From the NCBI GenBank assembly GCA_037443265.1, contig JBBIOR010000026.1:1-25295 (forward strand): a stretch of DNA of 25,295 nt, in the 5' to 3' direction. Shown piece after piece: positions 24,018 through 25,295 of the stretch. Below the pieces are notes generated by a model. That model searched no databases and was not told where the DNA came from. It saw only the letters and a program-made list of their open reading frames with translations. Each line of letters begins with the position of its first letter. The stretch's first letter is position 1. The position numbers and the translations under genes are program-made. Source of the stretch: Candidatus Fraserbacteria bacterium (lineage in GTDB: Bacteria > Bipolaricaulota > Bipolaricaulia > RBG-16-55-9).

Positions 24018-24250
24018 AGAGGAAGAAAAAGAGGGAATCCATCGAGGTGGTGCTTAAGCGGCATGAGGAGAGGCTTTTAGAGTTGCCCGGGGTGGTGGGC
24101 ATAAGCGATGGACGGGATGCTAACGGGCTTTACATTGAAGTGATGGTGGAGATTCCTCCCGAGAGGGTGGAGGGGATTCCGGCGGTCTTAGAGGGTTATC
24201 CTGTCCGCCTTAGGTATACAGGAAGGATTGTAGCAAGATTTTGCAGCTAG
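24014..24250 (+). CDS. Stand-alone small protein resembling the protease's N-terminal domain
   Basis: ATGA overlap and GGAGG RBS; HEERLLELPGVVGI..G....IEVMV....IPAVLEGYPV....TGRIVA. Confidence 0.8.
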   Translation: MKRKKKRESIEVVLKRHEERLLELPGVVGISDGRDANGLYIEVMVEIPPERVEGIPAVLEGYPVRLRYTGRIVARFCS

Positions 24251-24434
24251 GTCTTTATTAAGCGGCCGCCGGTAGCCAATACACCCAACCCCGCACCCAG
24301 CGACGAGTAAGATCATAAGGTGAAGTGCGCACAAGCAATGCGTTCTGGAGGTGCTTTTGGCTCAGCAGGCTGTCTTCAAGGATGCCTATGCGACGCTGAC
24401 GAAGTTGAAACGGTCTGGTAGTCATCACTAACTC

Positions 24435-24575
24435 ATGGCGGTTTGAACCATCTTCGGACCGCGGCGCGAATGCATCAAGCCGGCACCCATCATCAAAGAG
24501 CTGGAGCGCCGGGGTCACCCCGCTGGTGCAGACCAATATAGAACGCATGATCCCGACCTGAGTGGGCACTTCCCG
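24435..24575 (+). pseudogene. wecB-like 5' remnant
   Basis: MAV*TIFGPRRECIKPAPIIKELERRGH versus intact WecB VLTVLGTRPEAIKLAPVIRELEAH; in-frame stop at codon 4; frameshifted LVQT..HDPDLS follows. Confidence 0.7.
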
Positions 24576-24666
24576 AGGACCGTCGAGGGGGAGGTGCTGA
24601 TCGGCCCCAATGCAGTCTGTGCCCAGGGCGGGCCATCCGGCGCATCGTATAGCGTATAAGAACATA

Positions 24667-24750
24667 ATGTTCAGCATAGCCATCATTGGAGGTGGCGTCC
24701 TGGGTTGCGCCATCGCCCCTGCGCTCACCCTCAACAAGGCCGACGTGTTG
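24667..24750 (+). pseudogene. FAD-binding (lhgO-like) 5' remnant
   Basis: MFSIAIIGGGVLGCAIAPAL, a Rossmann GxGxxG start like the intact [19 protein letters not shown]; the sequence degenerates afterwards. Confidence 0.55.
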
Positions 24751-24994
24751 TCCAGTATAGCTCGGCGCATGGTGAGACAAGGGAGAGCAAAATGCAGAAT
24801 AGAAGCATGCAATCTGTGTGTAGGCTTGCCTGTCATTCGCAACTAACTGGGTCGAAATCGACTCGCGCTCCATCTGCTCCCCATCGGCTACAGGCAGCCG
24901 CTGGGATTCTAGCGTCCTCTCGGTTCTAACTAAACAGTGCCGTACCCGAGGAGATGTTGTTTCAATCGGGAGCTGGAAGTAGATTAGAAGTCGA

Positions 24995-25085
24995 TGGAGG
25001 TTCTTTGAAGGGTGGATCGTCGTCCGCTTGAGAAAGGGCTTGTTGCGTCGCATATTGAGGCAGGCGGGGATTTCGCGGGAAGAGA
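24995..25085 (+). pseudogene. HicA-like toxin remnant with internal deletion
   Basis: FFEGWIVVR joined directly to LRKGLLRRILRQAGISREE; the GSH core and a start codon are missing. Confidence 0.6.
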
Positions 25086-25096
25086 GGAGGGAAAGA

Positions 25097-25288
25097 ATGG
25101 AGCGCAAGGTAGCTCAGTATGTTGTAGACGAGAAGGGCAAGCGGACTGCAGTCATCCTCCCAGTCGAGGAGTATGAAGAACTGCTCGAAGACCTGCATGA
25201 TCTGGCGATTATCGCAGAGAGGCAAGAGGAGCCTACGGTCCCCTTTGAGAAGCTAAAGCAGAAGCTGAAAAAAGATGGGCTCTTATGA
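25097..25288 (+). CDS. Small antitoxin-like protein (63 aa)
   Basis: GGAGG RBS; QYVVDEKGKRTAVILPVEEYEELLEDLHDLA pattern; its stop overlaps a new ATG at 25285, a possible toxin start at the window edge. Confidence 0.75.
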   Translation: MERKVAQYVVDEKGKRTAVILPVEEYEELLEDLHDLAIIAERQEEPTVPFEKLKQKLKKDGLL

Positions 25289-25295
25289 GATCCAC

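Noticed and set aside
24258..25225. Minus-strand ORFs 24258..24842, 24493..25107 and 24962..25225
   Set aside because: No recognisable motifs; the region is better explained by plus-strand gene remnants.

Overview
Bacterial chromosomal window, GC-rich, with a visibly AT-richer glycosyltransferase block. The gene style suggests a thermophile such as Ca. Bipolaricaulota/Acetothermia, but that is inference only. Left (1-3186, minus strand): a four-gene operon of exported proteins, made of a fibre-like protein with a Peptidase_G2/IMC-type C-terminus, two small paralogous exported proteins (one a lipoprotein), and an M6-family metalloprotease that runs off the window and is missing from the ORF track. 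Centre (4131-17751, minus strand): a surface-glycan locus with wecB, wzm, wzt, an lhgO-like gene, an rmlC-like cupin, an NDP-sugar epimerase, rmlD, a sulfotransferase-coiled-coil-GT2-GT2 protein and a GT2-GT2 protein. A Uma2/MNT-HEPN/HicB-like cassette cluster sits inside it, interleaved with decayed rmlD fragments. Right (plus strand): spoVG (minus), bifunctional sat-cysC with an AlkP-superfamily hydrolase, then pseudogene remnants (wecB, Uma2, DUF433, lhgO-like, HicA) around an intact Nal1-type serine protease, a stand-alone copy of its N-terminal domain, and an antitoxin-like gene. The best candidate new system is a PAPS-supplied, sulfate-capped, ABC-exported glycan built by a WsaE/WbbB-like polymerase-ruler-terminator. 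All family calls come from motif recognition by eye; no searches were run.
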